This document shows, piece after piece, positions 1-6,562 of a stretch of 39,895 nt of DNA (position 1 is the stretch's first letter; every line of letters begins with the position of its first letter). Position numbers and translations under genes: made by a program. The stretch comes from a virus. The notes beneath the pieces are model-generated. The model worked only from the letters and a program-made list of their open reading frames with translations. It made no database searches and was not told the origin of the DNA. The stretch lies in the IMG/VR virus record IMGVR_UViG_3300045988_079078. One strand, 5' to 3'.

Positions 1-196
1 CTGTAGCAGATGCCGCGCCCCGCCAGCCTGTAGCAGATGCCGCGCCCTGGTCGCCTGTAGCAGCTGCCGCGCCCTGCCAGCCTGTAGCAGATGCCGCGCC
101 CCGCCAGCCTGTAGCAGATGCCGCGCCCTGGTCGCCTGTAGCAGATGCCGCGCCCTGGTCGCCTGTAGCAGATGCCGCGCCCTGACGGCCTGTAGC
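1..196. repeat. 27-nt in-frame tandem repeat, 7 units (first unit lacks 1 nt); continues the array at 39767-39895
   Basis: The unit is CCTGTAGCAG[A/C]TGCCGCGCC plus a variable 7-mer (CCGCCAG, CTGGTCG, CTGCCAG or CTGACGG). Units are contiguous with no spacers. Confidence 0.97.
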
Positions 197-529
197 ATGT
201 TTGGAGTTTTCCGGAATGGCTTTCTCCATCGTGTACTTAACGGCAGCTTTTACAAGCCCAGCAATGCCGATTTCTGCTTTCACAGCAATCTTTTTGCCGC
301 AGCGCTTGCTATCTTTGTTGCTTTTTTTATCGCTCACATCGTCCAAATCCACCTCACAGTAGCGGCTCATGTTGCCGGGGGCGTAGTATTCAAATACATC
401 CAACGGGTACTCGCAGGCATGGAAGCCTTTCTCGCAAAGTTTTGCTTCTGGCTCTTCGTAGGCCTTGCCGATTTCATACTGGAAATCTTTGCATTTCAGG
501 TTTTCGTCAAATCCTTTATATGCTTTCAT
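1..529 (-). CDS. N-terminal part of the 9-aa-repeat protein (DUF7666-like N-domain, recalled); the ORF leaves the window at nt 1 and resumes at 39895
   Basis: ATG at 529-527 forms an ATGA overlap with the stop of the upstream gene. The translation reads MKAYKGFDENLKCKDFQYEIGKAYEEPEAKLCEKGFHACEYPLDVFEYY..., followed by ATG-x-x-GAAS repeats. There is no stop before the window edge. Confidence 0.8.
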   Translation of the reverse strand, partial: MKAYKGFDENLKCKDFQYEIGKAYEEPEAKLCEKGFHACEYPLDVFEYYAPGNMSRYCEVDLDDVSDKKSNKDSKRCGKKIAVKAEIGIAGLVKAAVKYTMEKAIPENSKHATGRQGAASATGDQGAASATGDQGAASATGWRGAASATGWQGAAAATGDQGAASATGWRGAASAT

Positions 530-765
530 CTGGTTGCCTCCAAAAGATTGCCGCACAGTGGATTCATGGCCAGCAGTGCGAGGATGGTTACGGGAATGTT
601 CATGCTGCCGAGCGCTGCCAGCAGCAGCACCAAATCTGCGGTGATTGCCAGCTTGACTAAAGCGCGGGGAAGTGATAAAATACAAATAGAGCTTTTACCT
701 TTGCTCATTTTTCCTTTGCCGCTTCGGTATGCCAGTACCGGGGCGGCTTCTTTTTTTGCAGTCAT
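526..765 (-). CDS. Small hydrophobic protein (79 aa from ATG 765)
   Basis: The RBS AAGGAG lies 8 nt upstream of ATG 765. A TM-like segment LAITADLVLLLAALGSMNIPVTILALLAM is present. The stop overlaps the next ATG (ATGA). Confidence 0.6.
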   Translation of the reverse strand: MTAKKEAAPVLAYRSGKGKMSKGKSSICILSLPRALVKLAITADLVLLLAALGSMNIPVTILALLAMNPLCGNLLEATR

Positions 766-766
766 T

Positions 767-1060
767 TCAAACACTCCTTTGAATTAAAATACTTCTTAGC
801 TCTGAAAGAACGCTGTCGATGCGTTCCTCATTCGTTGGTGGCCGCTTTACGCGGATTCGGGTTCCTGCCGGGTAATACTCGGCAAATTCCTCAAGTGTGA
901 TGTTCAGAACTTCGCACACTCTGCGAACTTCCGTCCATTGCCAATCCTGCCGTCCGTTTACACGGTGCGAAAACACGCCAGGGTTTATTCTGGCGGCTTC
1001 TGCAAGGCGCTTCTGGTTCCAGCCCTTTGACTTGATGTAGTCGTTAAATGTTGGGTACAT
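767..1060 (-). CDS. Putative HTH DNA-binding early protein (97 aa)
   Basis: The segment KGWNQKRLAEAARINPGVFSHRVNG is helix-turn-helix-like. The gene sits directly after the cro-like gene. Confidence 0.6.
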   Translation of the reverse strand: MYPTFNDYIKSKGWNQKRLAEAARINPGVFSHRVNGRQDWQWTEVRRVCEVLNITLEEFAEYYPAGTRIRVKRPPTNEERIDSVLSELRSILIQRSV

Positions 1061-1069
1061 CTTGTCACC

Positions 1070-1270
1070 TCACTCGCAGTAGCCGACGAGATTTTCCATC
1101 GGAACAGAAAGAATCAGCGACATTTTCTGAACCTTGTCGGCGGTAGGGGTCGTCCGGCTGTTCTCCCAAAAAGATACACACCCAGTCGAAACGCCGAGCT
1201 TTTCTGCAAGCTCACTCTGGGTGATTCCAGCCTTGCGACGTTCAAACTCGATTTTTGTCATGCGTGACAT
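1070..1270 (-). CDS. XRE-family HTH regulator, Cro-like
   Basis: The segment ITQSELAEKLGVSTGCVSFWENSRTTP is a typical XRE HTH. The protein is 66 aa and is the first gene after a strong promoter. RBS is AAAGGAGA. Confidence 0.8.
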   Translation of the reverse strand: MSRMTKIEFERRKAGITQSELAEKLGVSTGCVSFWENSRTTPTADKVQKMSLILSVPMENLVGYCE

Positions 1271-1301
1271 TCACTTGTCTCCTTTCGTGTTTCTAACTAT
1301 T

Positions 1302-1330
1302 ATTATACTATAAAAACTTAGTAAAGTAAA
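1302..1330 (-). promoter_or_regulatory. Early promoter copy A (minus strand): -35 TTTACT, 17-nt spacer, -10 TATAAT
   Basis: Read directly from the sequence: -10 is the reverse complement of 1302-1307, and -35 is the reverse complement of 1325-1330. It overlaps the palindrome TTATA-C-TATAA that is shared with copy B. Confidence 0.65.
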
Positions 1331-1381
1331 TACTATTGATAAAAAAATATACTTAGCGAAGCATTGAATTCGCAAAGTATA

Positions 1382-1756
1382 TCATCCATCATTTGCTCTG
1401 CGGATGATCTCTACTAAAATCTTATCGCGGTTCTCGCTGGTGGCGGGCAGCATCCAATCAAAATCAAGCACCATGCGCTTGCCGCTATCGTGCAACTTCT
1501 CGGTGGGGTTGTATCGGCCCCAGCATCCGCGCTCATCGTAGACGTAAACATCTACAGACCAGTAGGATGGCAGCACGTAGGAGATGAAGCCATGCCGATG
1601 CCAGATATTTGGCAAACTGTTCCTGCTGCTGTTGTCCGGGTGGCAGGCTGTCATGTCCACGCAGACGGTCTCTCCGCGCGGTGTCAGGCCGTTGAATGTG
1701 TAACGGATGAGAGTGCTGCCAATCTTTTCAGCTTTGCAATCTTCCAACGAAATCAT
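1382..1756 (-). CDS. Hypothetical early protein (124 aa)
   Basis: ATG 1756 lies 1 nt after the Lar-like stop and has the RBS AAAGGGG. The translation MISLEDCKAEKIGSTLIRYTFNGL... looks like a compact globular protein. Confidence 0.65.
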   Translation of the reverse strand: MISLEDCKAEKIGSTLIRYTFNGLTPRGETVCVDMTACHPDNSSRNSLPNIWHRHGFISYVLPSYWSVDVYVYDERGCWGRYNPTEKLHDSGKRMVLDFDWMLPATSENRDKILVEIIRRANDG

Positions 1757-1757
1757 A

Positions 1758-1988
1758 TCATTTGCCCCTTTCCGTTCGGTGGTTCCATATGTCGGCAACG
1801 TCGATGCGCTGCATTGTCCACCCTGGGTCGATTGTGGCGGTGCATCCGTTGCAGCATACCCGCCAGCGGTCGCCGATCGCGGTCTCATACTGTTCATAGC
1901 GGATACGGTCCTCACCGCAGAATGGGCATGGCAGCAACGCGAAATCGCTGTCTTGCGCTGGCATGTAAATTTCTTTGATTCTCTCCAT
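1758..1988 (-). CDS. Lar-family restriction alleviation-like zinc-ribbon protein
   Basis: It has LLPCPFCGEDRI...RVCCNGCTATI...ADIWNHR, i.e. two Cys pairs plus the C-terminal WN-R motif typical of Lar-like proteins (recalled). Confidence 0.6.
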   Translation of the reverse strand: MERIKEIYMPAQDSDFALLPCPFCGEDRIRYEQYETAIGDRWRVCCNGCTATIDPGWTMQRIDVADIWNHRTERGK

Positions 1989-2081
1989 TCGGTGGTAAGG
2001 TCTGCCGCATCAATTACAATGCGGCGCCCCTGCCAGATGGGTTCAGAGTGGTGTAATGTTTTCATGGTGTGCTTTCCTTTC

Positions 2082-2279
2082 TTATGCGTGCCAACGCTCG
2101 TAAGGTACGAGGTTGAAGGCTTCGTCGTAGTAGCTCACATCTACCGAAATCCCCTCGCCGTACTTGTCGTACATTCGGTTGCAGTAGGTGCTTACGCTCT
2201 TTTCGCTTTTGCGGATAACAGGCTTGAGCATATCGCCTGTGTCATCAAAAATCACGGTGCATACATAATCTCGTTTCAT
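2082..2279 (-). CDS. Hypothetical early protein (65 aa), first gene of the leftward operon
   Basis: RBS AAGGAGG lies upstream of ATG 2279, and the coding frame is clean. Confidence 0.65.
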   Translation of the reverse strand: MKRDYVCTVIFDDTGDMLKPVIRKSEKSVSTYCNRMYDKYGEGISVDVSYYDEAFNLVPYERWHA

Positions 2280-2356
2280 TTTGTTTTCCTCCTTGTACTT
2301 TGAGTGAGTGTGTGGTATACTGAATTTGTAAACTTTAGTTTTCTTTTACTGTAATT

Positions 2357-2385
2357 ATTATACTATAATTATTATAGTTTGTAAA
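2357..2385 (-). promoter_or_regulatory. Early promoter copy B (minus strand): -35 TTTACA, 17-nt spacer, -10 TATAAT
   Basis: -10 is the reverse complement of 2357-2362, and -35 is the reverse complement of 2380-2385. It lies in the divergent region opposite the repressor gene. Confidence 0.65.
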
Positions 2386-2457
2386 GTAGATTTCGCAAAT
2401 TTTTGAAAAAAATATTTACTTTGATAATTACATAAAAGTAAGCCAAGGAGGTTCAAA

Positions 2458-3012
2458 ATGTTTTGGGATAAATTCGTCTCGTTGTGTAATGAAAAAGGCA
2501 AGTCTCCAACAGTGGCATTGGAAGAAATTGGCCTTACGGCAGCAGTCGGAACGCAGTGGAGCAACGGAGCACAGCCTAGAAAAACAAACGTATATCAAGT
2601 GGCAAAGTATTTTAATGTAGACCCCCAAGAGCTTACCGACACAGAAGCTGATACGCCATTCTATAAAAACTTGTGCAGGATTAGTGCAGAGAGAAATGAA
2701 TCCGTGCGGTCAATTGCCCTAAAAGCGGGATTGTCAAATGCGGCGCCCACAAACTGGGCGAAAGGGAAAATGCCGACAGATGCAACAATTGCGAAAATAG
2801 CTGCATATCTTGGTACAACATCGGAAGATTTGCTATCAGAAAATAGCCAGCCAAAGCAAAAAGAAAAGCCCACCGCACAAGGCGATGGGCTAAAACTCAA
2901 TTCCTATGAAGACATCGATCAGTGGCTTGGCACTTTAGATGGAAAAGGTCTTGATATGGTAATTGCGATGGCAGCAGCAAAGAAGGTGAAAGTCAATGAA
3001 GATAAACCCTGA
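2458..3012 (+). CDS. CI-like repressor with two tandem XRE-type HTH domains and no S24 peptidase domain
   Basis: RBS is AAGGAGG. There are two HTH-like units (SPTVALEEIGLTAAVGTQWSNG and VRSIALKAGLSNAAPTNWAKG). The gene is divergent from the early operon. Confidence 0.7.
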   Translation: MFWDKFVSLCNEKGKSPTVALEEIGLTAAVGTQWSNGAQPRKTNVYQVAKYFNVDPQELTDTEADTPFYKNLCRISAERNESVRSIALKAGLSNAAPTNWAKGKMPTDATIAKIAAYLGTTSEDLLSENSQPKQKEKPTAQGDGLKLNSYEDIDQWLGTLDGKGLDMVIAMAAAKKVKVNEDKP

Positions 3013-3430
3013 TTGCGTCCGCGATGTTATGCTCGGTCTGGAAGAACAGCTCGGTTTGTTCCTGAATGATAAATGCAGCATGGAATTTGAATGCTCCAAT
3101 CCCGACAAGCTGAAAAAATCCTCTTTTATAAAGGGTAAAGGGTATTCACGGGAAGATTTGTTTTATTCTTGCTTGCAGGCTGCTGAAAATGGCTATATTG
3201 TGGCGGACTACCGTATTGACAAACAGTTAAATACTATAGAGTTTTACGGAATCCTATATATTACGCCAAAAGGCCATGACTTTATTGCGTCAATTTCCAA
3301 TCAGCAGACGTGGCAGGAAAAAATAAAGCCCACCTTGTCAGCGGTGGGCAATGTATCTCTTACAGTAATTGAAACGATTGCAAAAGGTGCGGTAACTGCG
3401 CTTATTGAGCATCATCAATCCGGCTCTTAA
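2996..3430 (+). CDS. DUF2513/YjcQ-like protein (recalled family)
   Basis: The N-terminus MKINPDCVRDVMLGLEEQ resembles DUF2513 openings. The gene overlaps the repressor 3' end by 17 nt. Confidence 0.45.
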   Translation: MKINPDCVRDVMLGLEEQLGLFLNDKCSMEFECSNPDKLKKSSFIKGKGYSREDLFYSCLQAAENGYIVADYRIDKQLNTIEFYGILYITPKGHDFIASISNQQTWQEKIKPTLSAVGNVSLTVIETIAKGAVTALIEHHQSGS

Positions 3431-3641
3431 AGGCATTGTGCGGGCGAAACGCCGTGTTTCCCTGTGCTGCAATTACACTGGCCGCAATAGCTCTGTCCAG
3501 CTCTAACGGAAGATTTTGTGCATCGTAAAAGTTCATGCCAGAGACTTCAATCAGTTTCAGCATTTTTTCGATGACTTCATCTTTTTTCTTCCTGTACTCG
3601 CTGCTGTCGCACTTGTTGTAAACATCAATTCTATCCCGCAT
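3402..3641 (-). CDS. Hypothetical protein (79 aa)
   Basis: The ORF overlaps the upstream 49-aa gene by 11 nt. It is convergent with the DUF2513-like gene and overlaps it by 29 nt. Confidence 0.45.
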   Translation of the reverse strand: MRDRIDVYNKCDSSEYRKKKDEVIEKMLKLIEVSGMNFYDAQNLPLELDRAIAASVIAAQGNTAFRPHNAFKSRIDDAQ

Positions 3642-3780
3642 CGCTTGTCTCCTTTATAACCTCATTACAAATTGCAATAGCATCTTTCAGCGGGATTTCT
3701 CGCAAAAGCTGCTTTGCCTGCTCTCTTAAACTAAGTATCGTACTTTTTTCAACTGTTGTCAATGGTTCTTTTTTCATCAT
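3631..3780 (-). CDS. Hypothetical small protein (49 aa from ATG 3780)
   Basis: The RBS GGGGGAAT lies before ATGATG at 3780. The helical sequence is MMKKEPLTTVEKSTILSLREQAKQLL... Confidence 0.45.
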   Translation of the reverse strand: MMKKEPLTTVEKSTILSLREQAKQLLREIPLKDAIAICNEVIKETSDAG

Positions 3781-3815
3781 AATTCCCCCAAAATTAAATA
3801 AGGTTGTGATACTTA

Positions 3816-4319
3816 ATGAAATTTGGTGTACGAAAGCCTTCATTTAAAAAATCTATTAAGGCCAGAACAACAGGTCGCATAAACCGCGCTGTAAAACGTG
3901 CCGTAAATCCTCTTTACGGCAAAAAAGGTGTAGGCTTTGTAAAAGACCCATCTCGCTCTATAAAAAATGCTGTGTATCAAAGAACGACTTTTAGCGTTTT
4001 TGGTCATGGCGGTTCTTCTAAAAAGGCTCCTTCTTCTTCAACCTCAAACATGGGTTTCGGGTGTACGCCAGCAGAAAAAGAAAAAAAGCCGCAAAAGCAT
4101 ATTCAAATCAACTGGAATGCAGTGGGGATTGGGGCGCAATGGTTTTTTGCTGTTGTATTCCTATTTGCCGCATTTGGCACTGGCAATATAATCGCTACCG
4201 TATTAGCAATTGCATCCGCCTTGATGCTGTGTCCGGCTTTCCCAATTAGAAAAAAGCTGAAGACAATGCCGTGCGTTGTAATTTCAATTGTCTTAATGAT
4301 GATTGCAACAAACTTGTGA
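3816..4319 (+). CDS. Membrane protein with a very basic N-terminal domain and 2-3 C-terminal TM helices
   Basis: The N-terminus is MKFGVRKPSFKKSIKARTTGRINRAVKRAVNPLYGKKG.... Hydrophobic segments are WFFAVVFLFAAFGTGNIIATVLAIASALML and CVVISIVLMMIA. Confidence 0.65.
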   Translation: MKFGVRKPSFKKSIKARTTGRINRAVKRAVNPLYGKKGVGFVKDPSRSIKNAVYQRTTFSVFGHGGSSKKAPSSSTSNMGFGCTPAEKEKKPQKHIQINWNAVGIGAQWFFAVVFLFAAFGTGNIIATVLAIASALMLCPAFPIRKKLKTMPCVVISIVLMMIATNL

Positions 4320-4607
4320 TTGTATTTTACACAACTCACAGTTGTATTTCAACACTTTCACAAAAATACTCATTTGTCAAGTCTTAGCTGTCCTATATAT
4401 CGGATTTCCAGCACTTGACAACCGTTTTTTTTGGTCGTTTCCGTCCATGATGGGACGGCGGCTTATTTACCAGCCTTTCCATTTGTCTGCCCCCCCTTTG
4501 ACCAAAATTGTACTGCATCCACAATATGCTTTTTGTCAAAGGCTGTAAATGACCAATATCGACAACCATGCCGGATATGATAGATTCAGCAATCGCAGGT
4601 GAAATCT

Positions 4608-5024
4608 ATGGACGTATCTTATATAAAAATGTTGATGGAGCGTCAAAACATGACGCAAGCAAAGCTGTCAGAATTGACAGACATTCCGGCGACCACTTTG
4701 TCTAAGATTCTCAACGGTTCTACCGACAGCCCAGCTTTTGCCAACATCGCAGCCATCGTAAAGGTGCTGGGGGGCAGCCTTGATGTGATGGTCGGCATCG
4801 TATCAGACCCGGATGCAGCGCCAGTGCAGCAATCAGAGCGCCAGCTATATCAACAGCTGATTGCAGACAAAGAGCGCCAGCTGCGCAGCATAAACGGCAT
4901 AATGGAACAGAAACAGCAATGGTTGCGCAAGATGTGGCGTGCTCTTATGATTACCGTTGTTATACTCGGCATAATACTTGTTGCAGACATTTTCATCGGT
5001 TCTGTAGGTTTTATCCGATATTAA
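4608..5024 (+). CDS. Membrane-anchored XRE-family HTH protein
   Basis: The RBS AGGTGA lies 5 nt before ATG 4608. The HTH is MTQAKLSELTDIPATTLSKILNG, followed by a coiled-coil-like middle and the C-terminal TM ALMITVVILGIILVADIFIG. Confidence 0.7.
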   Translation: MDVSYIKMLMERQNMTQAKLSELTDIPATTLSKILNGSTDSPAFANIAAIVKVLGGSLDVMVGIVSDPDAAPVQQSERQLYQQLIADKERQLRSINGIMEQKQQWLRKMWRALMITVVILGIILVADIFIGSVGFIRY

Positions 5025-5070
5025 ACAAAAACGCCCCTGCCGGTGTTCGTACCACCGACAAGGGCAAAGA

Positions 5071-5105
5071 GCCGTCAACATAAAAAGTTGACGGCATTAT
5101 TATAA
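5071..5105 (+). terminator. Hairpin (9-bp perfect stem GCCGTCAAC/GTTGACGGC) followed by an AT-rich tail
   Basis: Read directly. It lies between the XRE-TM gene and the integrase. The T-tract is weak (ATTATTATAA). Confidence 0.4.
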
Positions 5106-5128
5106 CACACACACAAAGGAGCCGCAAT

Positions 5129-6214
5129 ATGAAAAGAACAAATACCGCAAAATGGATTGAATCTGCCCAGCGCTGGCAGATAAACGTGCAAAAAGACGGC
5201 GTGCGCAAAACCTTTACCAGCGCCAAACCGGGACGCACAGGCCAGCGGGAAGCGAACGCCAAGGCTGACGCATGGCTTGAAAAAGGCATTCAGAACCGCA
5301 AACAGACTGTTTCCGAAGCGTATGTCCAATACATGGCCCGCCAGATGAAGATTTCGTCCGAGGGGAACTGGAAGCCCTTGCAGGGGCGCTATAACAAGTG
5401 GATTGCCCCGCGCATCGGGGATATGCGCTTGACTTCCCTTACAGAGCAGGCAGTGCAGGACATATTGGATGATGCTTTTGCAGCAGGCCGCAGCAAGAAA
5501 ACAATCAAAAACATTGCGGGAGACCTGCGCAGCTTTTTCAAGTTCTGCCGCCGCTCTGGATGGACAACGTTTGATCCAGAGGAACTGCACGTTCCAGAGG
5601 GTGCGCGTTTCAAAGAGCGAACCATTTTACAGCCGACAGACATTATAACGCTTTTGAACATAGATACCACCATAAGCAGGGGGCACAGGGTATTTGACAA
5701 GTATATACATTATTATAGATTAGCTGTTTTTACAGGGATGCGCCCGGGTGAGCTTCTTGGCCTTGAGTGGGGAGACGTTGATGGTGGCGTTGCTCGGATA
5801 AAGCGCTCCGTAAACATATACGGAAAAGAATCAAGAGGAAAGAATGAAAACGCCCCTCGCGCAGTTATCCTTTCGGCTCGTTCGCTGGAAGAACTGAACG
5901 CGCAAAAAGAGTTGACTGGAATGTGTCAGCGCGTATTTCCGCAGGTAGAAGAACGGAACATTCGCCGCGCTTGGCAAAGATACTGCGCCGCAAACGGTAT
6001 TACATGCTGCACTCTGTACGAGTTGCGCCATACGTTTGTAAGCATTGCCGCCAATCTGCCAACAGGGCAGCTAAAACAGGTGATAGGGCACAGCCAGAAT
6101 ATGGATACATACGGCGTGTACGCGCATGCCATAAACGGACAGGATAAAGTAATAGCCGAGAACATAGAGGGCATCTTTGATGCAGCCATAGCAGCAGGAA
6201 AAAGTACACAGTGA
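5129..6214 (+). CDS. int: Tyrosine recombinase / phage integrase
   Basis: The C-terminal catalytic region has LYELRHTFVS and GHSQNMDTYGVYAH. The protein is 361 aa, has the RBS AAAGGAG and lies next to the att-like site. Confidence 0.9.
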   Translation: MKRTNTAKWIESAQRWQINVQKDGVRKTFTSAKPGRTGQREANAKADAWLEKGIQNRKQTVSEAYVQYMARQMKISSEGNWKPLQGRYNKWIAPRIGDMRLTSLTEQAVQDILDDAFAAGRSKKTIKNIAGDLRSFFKFCRRSGWTTFDPEELHVPEGARFKERTILQPTDIITLLNIDTTISRGHRVFDKYIHYYRLAVFTGMRPGELLGLEWGDVDGGVARIKRSVNIYGKESRGKNENAPRAVILSARSLEELNAQKELTGMCQRVFPQVEERNIRRAWQRYCAANGITCCTLYELRHTFVSIAANLPTGQLKQVIGHSQNMDTYGVYAHAINGQDKVIAENIEGIFDAAIAAGKSTQ

Positions 6215-6325
6215 AAGTACACACTTTTTATTCTCGGGCTGTATTTGGTATGGGGTCGATAATACCAACGGTACACACTTTTTGCGATAAGAAATGAATA
6301 TAATACCGTGCTTCGTGTAATAATC

Positions 6326-6352
6326 GGGGTTCGAGTCCCCCATCCTCCACCA
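6326..6352 (+). other. attP core candidate: 3' end of a tRNA/tmRNA-like gene (T-arm plus acceptor 3' strand plus ACCA)
   Basis: The sequence is GGGGTTCGAGTCCCCCATCCTCCACCA. It has a canonical TTCGAGT T-loop and ends in ...CTCCACCA, which would give a G3:U70-type acceptor as in tRNA-Ala or tmRNA. No 5' half is present. Confidence 0.6.
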
Positions 6353-6358
6353 CAAAAA

Positions 6359-6397
6359 ACGCCGTAGATACGTTAAAGTCTACGGCGTTTTCTTTTT
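6359..6397 (+). terminator. Rho-independent terminator immediately after the tRNA-like end
   Basis: The stem CGCCGTAGA/TCTACGGCG (6360-6368 / 6379-6387) is followed by TTTTCTTTTT. Confidence 0.75.
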
Positions 6398-6424
6398 CAA
6401 GTACACACTTTAGTACACACTTGC

Positions 6425-6562
6425 CTATTTTTTAAGCAGATTGTGCAGCAGTTCTGCATACAATTCCGGTCGCGCTTCTTTCAGCGCATCCATAAACTCA
6501 TCCAGCACACGCCACACTCGCCCGGTATCGGCCTTTTTTACAATCTCCAAAAATTCACTCAT
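6425..6562 (-). CDS. 45-aa protein, paralogous to the C-terminus of the upstream 123-aa protein
   Basis: ATG 6562 overlaps the upstream stop by 8 nt. MSEFLEIVKKADTGRVWRVLDEFMDALKEARPELY aligns with SEFLRAVSNVDTTAALNVLDELMSALYVANPKVY. The ORF is below the ORF-track cutoff. Confidence 0.55.
   Translation of the reverse strand: MSEFLEIVKKADTGRVWRVLDEFMDALKEARPELYAELLHNLLKK

Larger units (their letters stand above)
6204..6422 (+). repeat. Five direct GTACACA(C/G)T repeats flanking the att core (putative integrase arm-type sites)
   Basis: Copies lie at 6204-6212 (GTACACAGT), 6217-6228, 6271-6283, 6401-6411 and 6413-6422. All are on the same strand. Three lie left of the core and two lie right of it. 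Confidence 0.6.

Noticed and set aside
1-196. Possible CRISPR array, given regular repeats at both window ends.
   Set aside because: The 27-nt units are contiguous with no spacers. They lie in frame within a long ORF and vary only at a 7-nt patch. This is a coding tandem repeat.
1-196. Collagen-like G-X-Y repeat reading of the array (GDQ GAA SAT GWR GAA SAT).
   Set aside because: Every third triplet is SAT rather than G-X-Y, so the Gly periodicity needed for a collagen helix is broken.
197-787. 196-aa + strand ORF at the window start.
   Set aside because: It is antisense to three coupled minus-strand genes with RBSs and ATGA overlaps. Its hydrophobic shadow-frame composition also argues against it.
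1382-2065. The 227-aa ORF taken as a single gene.
   Set aside because: Its middle 75 residues (A/T/S/R/Q-rich) look like an off-frame read of the well-formed Lar-like zinc-ribbon gene. The C-terminal 124 aa has its own RBS and ATG. It is kept only as a low-interest overprinting possibility.
5075-5700. Minus-strand ORFs (171 aa and 103 aa) overlapping the integrase gene.
   Set aside because: They are antisense shadow frames of a clearly recognisable tyrosine recombinase.
6326-6352. A complete tRNA gene next to the integrase.
   Set aside because: Only the T-arm and acceptor 3' strand are present. The upstream sequence has no D-arm, anticodon arm or matching 5' acceptor strand. It is interpreted as an attP core fragment.
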